Source: Promethearchaeati archaeon
GTDB lineage: Archaea; Asgardarchaeota; Heimdallarchaeia; JABLTI01
DNA: 44,602 nt
Direction: 5' to 3'
NCBI GenBank assembly: GCA_013166835.1
Contig: JABLTI010000019.1
Coordinates: 1-44,602, forward strand
A model generated the notes under the pieces. It worked only from the letters and a program-made list of their open reading frames with translations. It did not search any database and was not told the DNA's origin. Position 1 is the stretch's first letter, and the number at the start of each line of letters is the position of its first letter. The position numbers and the translations under genes are program-made. Positions 1-10,024 of this stretch are shown here, piece after piece.

Positions 1-1
1 A

Positions 2-802
2 GAACCGACTAGTGATCATAATAGTGATACCATAAGTAGTATTATTGATAAAAATCCACAATCAAACAAAATTTCTCGAGCAATAATTGCTAAATCCAAG
101 TTAAAGAGAAAAATAAATGTTGATAATGTTTCTTTAATTAAAGATCAACATAGGGAATTTTACAATGAAATAGCCCTAAATAATTGGATTTATCAGAAAA
201 ATTCTGATCGCGAGAGAGTGGGGTTATTCAAGTTATCTTTGGATGAAACGAGATTCAGAGAAAAAGAATTCAGATACTTGATCGATACAGGCATTCTACA
301 CAAAATATTAATTCCTTTTCCCTCAGGTTCATTTGTAATTTATTCTTTATATGAGGGGGAAGATAAAAAAATCATTAAAAATTATCTTGCGAAGTTATGC
401 AAACGTAATGGTCTAAGTTTCACTCAGAAATCAATTGCATTTGTGAATTATTCTGATCTTGGTTTAGAAAGAAAGAATTGGCGTTTTGATTTTCACATCA
501 ATAATTCTGTTGTTGGTATTATTTGGTTAAGTAATTTCCTCATTGAAGATGATCAAACTAAAACAATATCACTTGCGTATCAACAGAAGAAGGAATTAAA
601 AGCATTACTTGCAACCGCACAGATAAACCATTCAAATAGAATTCTGACAGCTATAATTATCACAGATTATAATTATAACAAAAAACTAATCAAGAAATAT
701 ATTGAAAATATGGGATTTGGACAAGCAACAATTTTTGCAGTAGGAGAAAAAAACTTCGAATCTCAAATAATGAAAGAGTTAAAAAATAAAATCTCTGTAT
801 GA
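2..802 (+). CDS. Hypothetical protein, 5'-truncated by window edge
   Basis: Frame of ORF 218..802 is open back to base 2 (EPTSDHNSDTISSII...), so the GTG at 218 is probably internal; no family recognised. Confidence 0.7.
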   Translation, partial: EPTSDHNSDTISSIIDKNPQSNKISRAIIAKSKLKRKINVDNVSLIKDQHREFYNEIALNNWIYQKNSDRERVGLFKLSLDETRFREKEFRYLIDTGILHKILIPFPSGSFVIYSLYEGEDKKIIKNYLAKLCKRNGLSFTQKSIAFVNYSDLGLERKNWRFDFHINNSVVGIIWLSNFLIEDDQTKTISLAYQQKKELKALLATAQINHSNRILTAIIITDYNYNKKLIKKYIENMGFGQATIFAVGEKNFESQIMKELKNKISV

Positions 803-868
803 ATTACGTGTTTGACAAAAATTCTAAAACATCAAAGATAATCAAAATGAGAAATAAGAAGAATTGAT

Positions 869-1150
869 CTATTCTTCGGTGTCTCTAACTGTTTCAAGTA
901 TTGATATAGTCTTCCAAATCAAAGTTCTAGCATGAACTGGGCAATTTGGATCAAGACTGGTTTCTTCTAAAATGCTGGTAGCAACATTTGCTCTTATTGC
1001 TGGAGAAGGTTCTTGTTCAATATTTCCTAGTGTAATTAAAGCATCGCTTGCGCTCCTGCGAATATTTCTTGGAACGCTTGTATCTTCGCTTATATCTTTC
1101 AAGATTCTTAAAGCTAATTCTTCATCTTCGGACACATCATCCACAACCAT
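869..1150 (-). CDS. UPF0147 family protein
   Basis: DTSVPRNIRR...LEETSLDPNCPVHARTLIW...LE motif of archaeal UPF0147. Confidence 0.9.
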   Translation of the reverse strand: MVVDDVSEDEELALRILKDISEDTSVPRNIRRSASDALITLGNIEQEPSPAIRANVATSILEETSLDPNCPVHARTLIWKTISILETVRDTEE

Positions 1151-1275
1151 TCAGTCAAATTTGAGAAAACTTGCTAAATTTATTTAGAACGTTCAATTCA
1201 CGCACATATTAACGCTTATTTGAATATTACTATCAATTGAAGAAAGAGCTTATGCTTGCTTTTTAATGTTGGGGT

Positions 1276-1911
1276 TTAGTTTTTTTCAAGCTTTTCTAGC
1301 TCAAATAAAACAAAAGTTATACAGGTTGAAGCTAAATATGACCGCTTTCCTAGACTAATTTGAGTTGTTGTTATACTATCAACTATTTCTTCTATTTCAA
1401 CGGATATATCATGTCGTCCACCAAAAATGAAGCAACAAGAATTAATAATTTGTATATTTTGTATAATATCATTAAATGGTTGTCCGTTTTCATGGAGATA
1501 GAAAACAGATTCATTAGCATTTTTTATTTGGTTGAATAATGACTTGACATCCTTTAAATGCTGCCAACTAAAGAATTGCAAAGATGGATCAACACAATTA
1601 TTGGTTTTATCTTGCTGCTTGAGAAATATTTGAAGAGATTCCTTAATCAAAGAAGCAACCTCAATTTCATCATATGGTTTTTCCCTTTCTGCTAGATTTG
1701 TTACTGTCAAAGTAGCAGGATTATTTTTTGTGAACAAAACGATATAATTCACAGCAAAATTATTGTTTGATGGGAAGGTAGCAAGTATATTTCTAGCAAC
1801 TACATCTATCTTTGAAGACCCGGGCAAATTTTTCAGAGAAAATGTTACTTGTGGTATTTCTTCTTCTAAAACTAACAAAAATGTCACTACTTTCTTCTTG
1901 GAAGAAATCAT
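1276..1911 (-). CDS. trmY: SPOUT methyltransferase, tRNA pseudouridine(54)-N1 methyltransferase TrmY-like
   Basis: LKNLPGSSKIDVVAR, YLHENG, FIFGGRHDI and ISLGKRSYLASTCI resemble TrmY knot motifs. Confidence 0.7.
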   Translation of the reverse strand: MISSKKKVVTFLLVLEEEIPQVTFSLKNLPGSSKIDVVARNILATFPSNNNFAVNYIVLFTKNNPATLTVTNLAEREKPYDEIEVASLIKESLQIFLKQQDKTNNCVDPSLQFFSWQHLKDVKSLFNQIKNANESVFYLHENGQPFNDIIQNIQIINSCCFIFGGRHDISVEIEEIVDSITTTQISLGKRSYLASTCITFVLFELEKLEKN

Positions 1912-1940
1912 AAGTAAAACCTAACAAAATCGATCTTACT

Positions 1941-2000
1941 AGTAAAAGAGATGCAGTATGAAGTCCCCTAAGAAAGGGGGTAATACTCATCTTTTGTACT
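1941..2000. other. 60-nt imperfect hairpin downstream of eS26
   Basis: AGATG/CATCT, AGTAT/ATACT and CCCCT/AGGGG stacked stems. Confidence 0.6.
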
Positions 2001-2010
2001 AATATTAATT

Positions 2011-2283
2011 CTAAAGTTTTCGAGTCTCTTTTGATCGAATTTTTACTTTGCCTTTATGAACTGCACACGATACACAATAGTACTTAACTCTTCTCTCTCG
2101 AGGAATAAAAGTGCCTTCTTGTCGCAATTCTCTTGCAAGAGTAGGATCCATGAGGGTTACATATTTTGTTTCTTTCTTAATTTTGTCAGAAGGAACTAAT
2201 CTACCGCAAGATGAACATTGAGTTCTTCCACCTTTGCCTTTACTTCCTTTTGATCTTCCGCCTGATTTTCTTTTTTTAGTCAT
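2011..2283 (-). CDS. rps26e: 30S ribosomal protein eS26
   Basis: MTKKRKSGGRSKG, CSSCGRLVPSDK, YCVSCAVH...VKIRS. Confidence 0.96.
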   Translation of the reverse strand: MTKKRKSGGRSKGSKGKGGRTQCSSCGRLVPSDKIKKETKYVTLMDPTLARELRQEGTFIPRERRVKYYCVSCAVHKGKVKIRSKETRKL

Positions 2284-2479
2284 TATTTCACGACCGGTTC
2301 AAATAACATGTTCCAGTTAATAGCCTTTAATATATGTTGAAATCGTTCTGTTACCATATTAAAGATTTACGTTTAACTTGAAAAGAAAAAAATAGCGTAA
2401 ATATGCCGTATGGGAAAACTTTTTTCTACTAATAGATATCTAAAAGAACTGAACTTCATTACATTAAGAAGTTTGTAGG

Positions 2480-2866
2480 TTGAGTGAAAACATGAACTCG
2501 AGTTATTTAAAAAATGATGATTTGAAAGATGATTCTAGAGCTTTCAAACGATTGAAGAAGAAGACATCTATAGATAATTTATGGATTTACATTCTTAGAC
2601 TATTGCAAGAGAAAGAAATGTATGGATACGAATTAAAAGAATCAATTAAAACTAGATTCGGTTTTGAACCTGCTACAGTTACTTCTTATACAATTCTTTA
2701 CAAACTCGAGAAAGATAACCTAGTAACTTCTCACGTTCTAGATAATCCGGAAGGAAGACCTGATAGAAAATATTATGCAATAACTTCTGCAGGTAAAAAA
2801 GCAATGAAGGAAGCTAAAGGTCTTTTTGAAGAAATAATATCAAAAGTTTTTGATAAGACAAAATAA
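2480..2866 (+). CDS. PadR family transcriptional regulator
   Basis: ILRLL..MYGYEL, YTILYKLEKDNLV, RKYYAITSAG. Confidence 0.92.
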   Translation: MSENMNSSYLKNDDLKDDSRAFKRLKKKTSIDNLWIYILRLLQEKEMYGYELKESIKTRFGFEPATVTSYTILYKLEKDNLVTSHVLDNPEGRPDRKYYAITSAGKKAMKEAKGLFEEIISKVFDKTK

Positions 2867-2873
2867 AAAGAAG

Positions 2874-2896
2874 AAGCAAATGACAAGCATTTGCTT
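2874..2896. terminator. Hairpin between convergent PadR and M24 peptidase genes
   Basis: AAGCAAATG-ACAAG-CATTTGCTT. Confidence 0.55.
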
Positions 2897-2905
2897 TGTT
2901 TAGAT

Positions 2906-4048
2906 TTATGAGATTTCAATGGGTTCTGAATTTGTGTAAACTTCGACTTTCCCATTTCTAATCATTACATTATTTTCAAGTCGTTGCCCACCTAATCCTT
3001 TGACATAGACACCAGGTTCAATGGTAAAGACCATCCCTTCTTCTACGAGAACTTCATTCCAGATTTCTAATCTTTCCGGTTCAGTGGGTTTTTGTCTAAT
3101 GCCCGGAGCATCATGAACTGTTAATCCTAATCCATGACCAAGACCATGAGGCATGTGATAACCAGCAGCTTCAATAACATCAACAGCAGCCTTAGAGATT
3201 TTCCAAAGTGGAACACCAACATCAATCGCTGCAATTGCTTCTTCATATGCCTTGAAACATGTCTTTTTGATTTTCTTTTGCTCTTCTGTCAACTTCCCAA
3301 AAGAGAGTGGAATTGTGATATCACAAACATAACCAGCACATCTAGCTCCGTAATCAATTAAGGCTAATCCATTCTCAGAATATTTGTTGTTACCAGCAGA
3401 TGGGTGACAGTGAATCATATGAGATCTTGCTACGTTCGCAACAAGAGATGGAAATGAATTTTCTTCAGCTCCGTATTCTTGCATTTTCTTCATTACAATG
3501 AATGAGAGATCATTTTCAGTTCCCTTTTTTTCTTCAGCAAATTTTCGGATATCATTTATTGTCTTATTACCAATTTTCCCTGCTTCATGCAATTTATTCA
3601 TTTCTTGTGGACTTTTAGTCGATCGGAGTTCTGTGAACATATCAGCAAGCTTATGTGGACTCTCGAAGAGTTTAACTTCAGGCATTTTTCTTTGAATTTC
3701 CAAAATGTATCGATAAGGAATATCGAGATTAAAACCTATCACTGGAGAGTCTTTTTTAGCTGTTTCTTTTATATAAGTTGCAGGATTATGTCTAGAATCT
3801 TTATCTGTTACTAAAGTATCTACTTGTGCATGATCCTCAGCTAAATCAACATCCCATGGGAGCAGAATTGTTTCTCCCCCAGAAGTAATAATAAGATTTG
3901 CATCCATAATATGCCCTGTAAGATATCGCATATTAACGTCTCGAGCATTTCCCCAATCAGTAATAAAGATCAGATCTATACTATTTTTCTCCATAAAATT
4001 CGTTAGCTTATCCATTTTTTCTTGTGTAATCGATCGCAATTTCAACAC
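2906..4048 (-). CDS. Xaa-Pro peptidase/prolidase (M24B)
   Basis: DYGA, YVCDIT, HGLGHGLGLTVHD, TIEPGVY, GQRLEN metal-binding motifs. Confidence 0.93.
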   Translation of the reverse strand: MLKLRSITQEKMDKLTNFMEKNSIDLIFITDWGNARDVNMRYLTGHIMDANLIITSGGETILLPWDVDLAEDHAQVDTLVTDKDSRHNPATYIKETAKKDSPVIGFNLDIPYRYILEIQRKMPEVKLFESPHKLADMFTELRSTKSPQEMNKLHEAGKIGNKTINDIRKFAEEKKGTENDLSFIVMKKMQEYGAEENSFPSLVANVARSHMIHCHPSAGNNKYSENGLALIDYGARCAGYVCDITIPLSFGKLTEEQKKIKKTCFKAYEEAIAAIDVGVPLWKISKAAVDVIEAAGYHMPHGLGHGLGLTVHDAPGIRQKPTEPERLEIWNEVLVEEGMVFTIEPGVYVKGLGGQRLENNVMIRNGKVEVYTNSEPIEIS

Positions 4049-4196
4049 CCAAATACTTTCTCTAATATATCCGTGAAATGATAACTTTAACCCTTTAAAA
4101 AAGATATTTCAAAATCTAATTCTAAGATCCTAGTTGAGGAAATGATTCGCAGAATTTTAATACATTAGAAGCAATAAGAGAATAGGTTGTAGAAAG

Positions 4197-4709
4197 ATGC
4201 ATCTCCCAGATTTTCTAAAAGAGGAATGGATGAAAAAAACGGAAATTAGACATTCTATACGAGAAGAAATTCCTGTTTTGAAAAAAATCATCGTTGAAGC
4301 ATACACACCTATTGAACCAATTTTGGGAAGAAAACCTCGAGGTATGTTGGAAACAGAAGAAAAAATACTCGAGAGAGTAGAGAATAAGACTGTATATTCT
4401 GTTTTATTTGAAGGTAGACTAATTGGAACTTTTACTATAAAGGAGAATACAAATTTTGGCTTAATGGAAGTTCAAAAAATTGCAATTAAAGGAGATATGC
4501 AGAACAGAGGATTTGGTTCTTTTATTATGGAATCTGCAGAGCATATAATACGTCTTATGGAAAAGAAAAAAATTATCGTTGAAACATACGAAGATCATAA
4601 GCAATTAGTTGATTTTTATCTTCATCGAGGTTACAAGATATTTCATCAGAGAATGAGGAAAGGCAATGTTGTTTTAGTTATGGAGAAGAATCTTTGGAGA
4701 GAAGACTAA
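4197..4709 (+). CDS. GNAT family N-acetyltransferase
   Basis: MQNRGFGSFIM motif A; FYLHRGY. Confidence 0.9.
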   Translation: MHLPDFLKEEWMKKTEIRHSIREEIPVLKKIIVEAYTPIEPILGRKPRGMLETEEKILERVENKTVYSVLFEGRLIGTFTIKENTNFGLMEVQKIAIKGDMQNRGFGSFIMESAEHIIRLMEKKKIIVETYEDHKQLVDFYLHRGYKIFHQRMRKGNVVLVMEKNLWRED

Positions 4710-5375
4710 ATGGAACTAGAAGTTGTCCGCGGAGGAGGAATGAGTTCAAACAGCTTTATCTTAAGTGATGAAAATGAGGGAAAAATCTTCATTATTGATC
4801 TCGGTTTAACAGGAAAACTGACAAGGTTCCCATTAAAGAAGAGTTTGAAAAAAATCGTTGGGGAAAAATATGAAGATTACGAGCTTGAAGTTTTCCTCAC
4901 ACACAGTCATCTTGATCATATTTGGGGGGATAATAATCTCAAGGATTTTCAAAAAGTTACATACAGTGCAAGTGAACTAGCAGCCAAACATATTAATACT
5001 CGAGATGAAATTACTCTTCTCTCAAAATATCGGGCGAAAATTTCCTTTACTGTAGACAGAATCTATGCAGATGAAGATGTAATTAAATTTGCAGATTCCG
5101 AATTGAAAATTATTTATACCCCAGGGCATACTGATGGTTCTGCAGTTCTCTATGAATCTAACACTAAAAGCTTATTCGCAGGCGATGTTGTTTTTGCTGG
5201 TGGAGCCTGTGGAAGAGTTGATTTTCCAACCGGTGATCGGTGGGAAATGATTGCTACCTTGGATAAATTATCAAAGCTTGATATTGAACATTTATACAGT
5301 GGTCATGGTCCTGATTTACATCAAAAAGTTAGAGAGAATATACTCACTGCCAAAAATATGATGGAATATTGGTGA
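4710..5375 (+). CDS. Metallo-beta-lactamase fold hydrolase (glyoxalase II-like)
   Basis: THSHLDH, TPGHT, LFAGD, SGHG. Confidence 0.93.
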   Translation: MELEVVRGGGMSSNSFILSDENEGKIFIIDLGLTGKLTRFPLKKSLKKIVGEKYEDYELEVFLTHSHLDHIWGDNNLKDFQKVTYSASELAAKHINTRDEITLLSKYRAKISFTVDRIYADEDVIKFADSELKIIYTPGHTDGSAVLYESNTKSLFAGDVVFAGGACGRVDFPTGDRWEMIATLDKLSKLDIEHLYSGHGPDLHQKVRENILTAKNMMEYW

Positions 5376-5400
5376 AAGGATTGATAAAAAAGAAAGTAAG

Positions 5401-5420
5401 AGAAGCATAATTATGCTTCT
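5401..5420. terminator. Perfect 20-bp palindrome between convergent genes
   Basis: AGAAGCATAATTATGCTTCT flanked by A/T tracts. Confidence 0.6.
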
Positions 5421-5425
5421 ATTTT

Positions 5426-6331
5426 TTATTTTTTCTTTATATTAGCTAATGATGTTATAATTGCCCATTGATGATCAATGTAATCTCTATAGGATTGTAG
5501 TAGCTCGCCACCTATTCCTCGATACCTGCCTTGGGGTTTCAAATATTCGTCTAGTGGTTTACGTTTTGCTGGGTCTTCGTATCTTTTGCTGAGTCTTGAT
5601 AGTTCTATGTCTCCATCAATAGCTTCCCAGAGTATATGAGCACCTGTTTCTACGGCTAATTTACCAACTTCAATTGTTTTTTCAGATGGAAAACGCCAAC
5701 CAATTGCACAAGGTGCTAGGAGGTAAATAAATTTGAAGCCATCCATTTGTTGTGCTTTTCTGAGTTTTTCAATGAAATCACGAGGATAAGAAGTGCAAGC
5801 TGTTGCTACGTAAGGTAAGTTGTGTGTCCACATGATGAGAGAAATATCTTTTGGAAAACCAACACGACCTTTTGGAGTTGTTTTTGTTCTCGCACCAGGT
5901 GGTGTTGCACCTGATTTTTGAACACCAGTGTTACTATAGCTTTCATTTGAGTAACAAACATAGATCATGTTGTCGTTTCTTTCAGCAGCACCAGAAATTG
6001 ATGCTAAACCTATATCAACGCTACCACCATCACCAGCCCAAGCAAGAACTGTGGTCTCCTTATTGCCTTTACTATCTAGAGCAGCAGTAATACCTGAAGC
6101 AGCAGATGCAGCAGCTGCAAATGCAATGTTTAAAACTGGAACGGTAATTGATGATTTTGGATAAGGACCTTGCCAAACAGAAGTGCAACAAGCTGGAATA
6201 GACATGATAACATCATCACCAAGAGCTTTCAAAGCGTATCGCAATCCTAGTGATGATGAGCAACCAGCACATGCAGCATGACCTGGTAGGATTGGTTCTG
6301 GAAGTCGTAAAATTTCTTTAGTTGTAACCAT
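5426..6331 (-). CDS. porB: Pyruvate/2-ketoisovalerate:ferredoxin oxidoreductase beta subunit
   Basis: GHAACAGC, GDGG...NESYSNTGVQ TPP-binding motif. Confidence 0.92.
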   Translation of the reverse strand: MVTTKEILRLPEPILPGHAACAGCSSSLGLRYALKALGDDVIMSIPACCTSVWQGPYPKSSITVPVLNIAFAAAASAASGITAALDSKGNKETTVLAWAGDGGSVDIGLASISGAAERNDNMIYVCYSNESYSNTGVQKSGATPPGARTKTTPKGRVGFPKDISLIMWTHNLPYVATACTSYPRDFIEKLRKAQQMDGFKFIYLLAPCAIGWRFPSEKTIEVGKLAVETGAHILWEAIDGDIELSRLSKRYEDPAKRKPLDEYLKPQGRYRGIGGELLQSYRDYIDHQWAIITSLANIKKK

Positions 6332-6342
6332 TTTTTTTCACC

Positions 6343-7524
6343 TCACTTTAAGGTTTCAAGGTCTTTTTCGACCAAACCTGCAGCATATTCAGCTGTAACA
6401 TCCATCCCACTAAGCCCTTCTATATGATGGAAAGCTTTCGGATGATTCTTGCCTTCATATAATGCAGCCATAGTGTCAATAGCAATAACCCCTTTAAATC
6501 CGTAAGAAGGAGCACGTTCAATGAAGTGAATCGTTTCAGCATCCTTACAGACTTCCCTCATATCTTCATCAGGGAATGGTCTAAGAACTCGTAATCGTAC
6601 CAAACCCACATCGTAACCTTTCTTCTTTAACATATCAACGGATAGCTCTATTTCTTCAGCAATTGAAGAGTGAGAGACTATGATGTGTTTGGTTTTCTTG
6701 TCAATACCATAAGTATCGAGGAGATCCCCATGGAATCGGCCAAATTTTTCTTTGAATTCAGCACAGACATCTTTAATGATTTGTTTTGCTCGATGAGTTG
6801 AATCCATAATATTGAATCTCTTTTGTCGAAAGTGTTCTGGATAAGATAGACTGCTATGTGTTACAGGATTCTTAGGATCAAGAATAAAATGCTCAGGATT
6901 ATATGTTCCAACAAAATCGTCTACCTCTTTTTGTGAAGGAATCTCAACTGGAGCATTAGTATGGGAGAGAATATAAGCATCTTGACAAACCAAAGAAGGC
7001 ATGTAAACATGAGCATGTTCACTTACTCTAAAAGCCATCAAGATAGTGTCATAAACTTCTTGAGCATTTTTGCAGTAATATTGAATAATTCCTGAATCAC
7101 GAAGACTCATAGAATCTTGGGTTTGTGCCCAAATAGACCAAGCGGGTGCTAATTCTCTGTTCACAATGCTTAATACAACAGGAAGTCTTGCAAGAGCAGC
7201 CCACCAAACCATTTCAGCCATGTATAGAAGTCCATGTGCAGAAGTTGATGAAAATGTTCGAGCACCGGTAGCAGAAGCACCAATTAATGCAGCACCAACA
7301 CTGTGTTCGCTTTCGACTTTAATGTAGTTAGCCCCCATTTCGCCATCTTCTACAAATTCAGCAAGCTTTTCTACACAATCAGTAGAAGGAGTAATTGGAT
7401 AAGCAGCAACTACTTCAACACGGGCCATTTTTGCAGCATAAGCAGCAGCATAGTTTCCGCTGATTATGAGTGTTTTTGGCTCATCATGCCCGATTGATTT
7501 TGGAAGTTTTTTACTAACAGTCAT
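6343..7524 (-). CDS. porA: Pyruvate/2-ketoisovalerate:ferredoxin oxidoreductase alpha subunit
   Basis: AAYPITP, VESEHS, LRPFP. Confidence 0.92.
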   Translation of the reverse strand: MTVSKKLPKSIGHDEPKTLIISGNYAAAYAAKMARVEVVAAYPITPSTDCVEKLAEFVEDGEMGANYIKVESEHSVGAALIGASATGARTFSSTSAHGLLYMAEMVWWAALARLPVVLSIVNRELAPAWSIWAQTQDSMSLRDSGIIQYYCKNAQEVYDTILMAFRVSEHAHVYMPSLVCQDAYILSHTNAPVEIPSQKEVDDFVGTYNPEHFILDPKNPVTHSSLSYPEHFRQKRFNIMDSTHRAKQIIKDVCAEFKEKFGRFHGDLLDTYGIDKKTKHIIVSHSSIAEEIELSVDMLKKKGYDVGLVRLRVLRPFPDEDMREVCKDAETIHFIERAPSYGFKGVIAIDTMAALYEGKNHPKAFHHIEGLSGMDVTAEYAAGLVEKDLETLK

Positions 7525-7527
7525 TGT

Positions 7528-7851
7528 TCATTTCTCCTCCTTATCATCCTCATTAAATTCAGTTTCCTTAACCATTTCAATGCAATGTTGTGGACACTCA
7601 TTAGCGCAAATACCGCAACCCTTACAATAATCATAGTCAATAATGATTTTCCCTTTTTCGTGAGAAGGATCATCAGGATCTAGTGTTATGACAGGTTCAG
7701 GACAATAGAGGACACACATTTCGCATCGAGTGCATTCTTCGTGATTTATTATTGGACGAAAAGTTCTCCATAAACCAGTTTTACCTGCAGAACCTTTTTC
7801 AGGTTTTGAATTCCAGGTATCAACTTTGAAATCATCTTTACTTTTTGTCAC
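7528..7851 (-). CDS. porD: 2-oxoacid:ferredoxin oxidoreductase delta subunit (2x4Fe-4S)
   Basis: KTGLWRTFRP, CTRCEMCVLYCP, YCKGCGICANECP. Confidence 0.93.
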   Translation of the reverse strand: MTKSKDDFKVDTWNSKPEKGSAGKTGLWRTFRPIINHEECTRCEMCVLYCPEPVITLDPDDPSHEKGKIIIDYDYCKGCGICANECPQHCIEMVKETEFNEDDKEEK

Positions 7852-7853
7852 TG

Positions 7854-8420
7854 TTATTTTCCTCCGTTTCCATAAGCATGAGTTTCCTTAAAGCCTCTTT
7901 CAGCAGCCTTCAAATTTTGCTCCCAGAGTCGTTCATCTAATTGATCTTTGATTGCATCTAACACAGAGTCAAGCTTCACTAAACCAGATGCTTTTGCAAC
8001 AGCTCCAGTCATTATGGTGTTAGTGATATAACTCTCAGCAACTCTCAATCCTAAATCGATAGCAATTTGCGTTGCATCGACCCAGAATTTTTTACACTTC
8101 AATTCTGGAGGAAACTCCATTTCTTGATTTGAATTTACGACAAGAATTGTGTTTTCTGTGATGCCTTTCATAAAAAGAATCTTAGGTAAGACTGGATCTA
8201 ACACAGTGACTACAGTAGGATTATAAATTTTCGAATGCCGTTTTATATGAGAGTCTGAAATACGAGTGTATGTTTCAGTAGGAGCACCTCTACGTTCAGC
8301 ACCGTAAAAAGCAAAAGCTTGGACAAATTTTCCTTCGCTATGAGCAGCTTCTGCCAAGATCTTCGCAGATGTAACTGCCCCTTGTCCACCTCTACCGTGC
8401 CAACGGATCTCTTCAAACAT
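7854..8420 (-). CDS. porG: 2-oxoacid:ferredoxin oxidoreductase gamma subunit
   Basis: EIRWHGRGGQGAVT, YGAERRGAP; GGTGA SD upstream. Confidence 0.93.
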   Translation of the reverse strand: MFEEIRWHGRGGQGAVTSAKILAEAAHSEGKFVQAFAFYGAERRGAPTETYTRISDSHIKRHSKIYNPTVVTVLDPVLPKILFMKGITENTILVVNSNQEMEFPPELKCKKFWVDATQIAIDLGLRVAESYITNTIMTGAVAKASGLVKLDSVLDAIKDQLDERLWEQNLKAAERGFKETHAYGNGGK

Positions 8421-8663
8421 GTTTTTTTCACCTTAATATTCAAAGGATGTCATTCTTTACATTGTTTTTAATTCTTTGCTTAAACTTTGCTCTTCAGATA
8501 ACATTGTTGAAAATTAACAATTTAATGCTCTGGACCTGGATTGGTATTGTATAATTCAAGCAGAGAGTATTAACTCTAGAAGTGATTATAAATATTATTT
8601 AATATTTTGCACATAAAAGCTAATGATTAAACAAAGTCAAATCGTTTAATCAAAAATGAGTAA

Positions 8664-8739
8664 TGGTAGCCCGGGGCGGATTCGAACCGCCGTCCCAGGA
8701 TTCAGAGTCCTGGATGCTTGGCCCCTACACTACCGGGCT
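8664..8739 (-). tRNA. tRNA-Gln (anticodon CUG), intronless, CCA encoded
   Basis: Minus strand AGCCCGG...CAGGA-CTCTGAA-TCCTG...GGTTCGAATCC...CCGGGCT-ACCA; A1-U72 pair typical of archaeal tRNA-Gln. Confidence 0.96.
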
Positions 8740-8768
8740 TTGGGTGATTCAAAATCATTTGAAACTAC

Positions 8769-8782
8769 TTATAACCATTTTG
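8769..8782 (-). promoter_or_regulatory. BRE/TATA promoter of tRNA-Gln
   Basis: Minus strand CAAAATGG-TTATAA about 30 nt upstream of tRNA 5' end. Confidence 0.6.
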
Positions 8783-8826
8783 ATTGATAAATGAAAAATA
8801 AAATAGACGAAGTATTCGTCTTTGAC

Positions 8827-9189
8827 TTATTCTGAACCTTCTCTTGCTTCTAATTCTTGCGGAGTTGATTCCATATCTCTTATTAGTTTATTCATTTCTG
8901 GAGGGATTATTCCTACCTCCTCTAAGTATTCAATGAACCATCTTGCCAGTCGTCTAACTTCGAGTTCTATACCTGTTTTCTCTAGATAAAAATCATGGAT
9001 TTTAGATGCAACCTGTGAGATACTCTCGCAATCTAACTCTACGTCTTCATTTCTACCATCAAAAATTTCGATTTTTACTTTCATTGCTGAGGAATAATTC
9101 TTCCTATTAGGAGCGAATGTTAATCTTGCTAAGTAATTTCCAGTTCCAAGAAATTTTTTTAAGGGGGTTTCATTTGGCATTTCTATCAC
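8827..9189 (-). CDS. Hypothetical protein
   Basis: 120-aa ORF with normal composition; downstream hairpin at 8805-8821. Confidence 0.7.
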   Translation of the reverse strand: MIEMPNETPLKKFLGTGNYLARLTFAPNRKNYSSAMKVKIEIFDGRNEDVELDCESISQVASKIHDFYLEKTGIELEVRRLARWFIEYLEEVGIIPPEMNKLIRDMESTPQELEAREGSE

Positions 9190-9344
9190 TTCTATTATTT
9201 CAGTAAAATATTGAATTATTTTTATTTAATCTTTTTTCTAGGGGAAATTGAGGTAAACTAACCTACATATAGATTATTTTCTTCAAGATTTTTAATAGTT
9301 ACTAATAAGGTATGATTTTAAAAATTAATAATGAAGGAATCATA

Positions 9345-9896
9345 CTAATCAAGTGCTATTCTGGAAGTTGTAGCAATTTTAGCTTTCTCTTCTATTTCTT
9401 CTTCGAATTGATCTTCTGTTGAGAGAGCTTCTTTTAGTTTCTGCTGGGTTCTTTTTATACGGAATAATGGCATTAGCATACTGGCTATCCCAACAACAGC
9501 TAAAAGACCTGCAAGTAAATAATTAATGATAGACTCATTATTAATAGCCATATAGAGAAATGGTCCAGATAATAATCCAACAATAGCTGAAAGAAATATG
9601 TGCTTGACTGAAGGTCTACCAGTAAGTGATACTTTCGCGGATTTTGTTTTAGTTCTTTTAGCGTGAATTTTCATCCAAAAAATCTCACCAAAAACTGTAG
9701 CAACACCCATCTCAAGAAATTGCGGATCTTTTTTAGTTAATGGTTGATCCTTTATCTTTGAATTTTTCACTTTTAATTCGAAAAATTTCTCAGTTTTCTT
9801 TAGTGCTTTATAAGGTGAAAGAGGGGATTCAAATTCCATTATAATCAGTCCTATTGGTAGATTATCTCTAATCAGAGACAATTCCTTGCTATACAA
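9345..9896 (-). CDS. Hypothetical membrane protein (two TM helices)
   Basis: Two hydrophobic segments followed by a charged C-terminus. Confidence 0.7.
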   Translation of the reverse strand: MYSKELSLIRDNLPIGLIIMEFESPLSPYKALKKTEKFFELKVKNSKIKDQPLTKKDPQFLEMGVATVFGEIFWMKIHAKRTKTKSAKVSLTGRPSVKHIFLSAIVGLLSGPFLYMAINNESIINYLLAGLLAVVGIASMLMPLFRIKRTQQKLKEALSTEDQFEEEIEEKAKIATTSRIALD

Positions 9897-10024
9897 AAAC
9901 CATTCTATTGTTTTTTTATATCTTTTTAAGACTTTTAATCTGAATTCTTTAATTGATTTTTCTTAAAATACTAAAGATTTTAAAATGAATACAAAATAGT
10001 GAATCCAATTTCAGAGGAATATCC

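Noticed and set aside
800-840. TGA stop of the first ORF followed by ATT ACG TGT (would read U-I-T-C) as a possible selenoprotein
   Set aside because: Read-through adds only ~13 aa, and the only SECIS-like hairpin is 1.1 kb away across two antisense genes; likely chance
8664-9900. tRNA-Gln as the integration site of a mobile element
   Set aside because: No integrase, and I saw no duplicated tRNA 3' end elsewhere in the window
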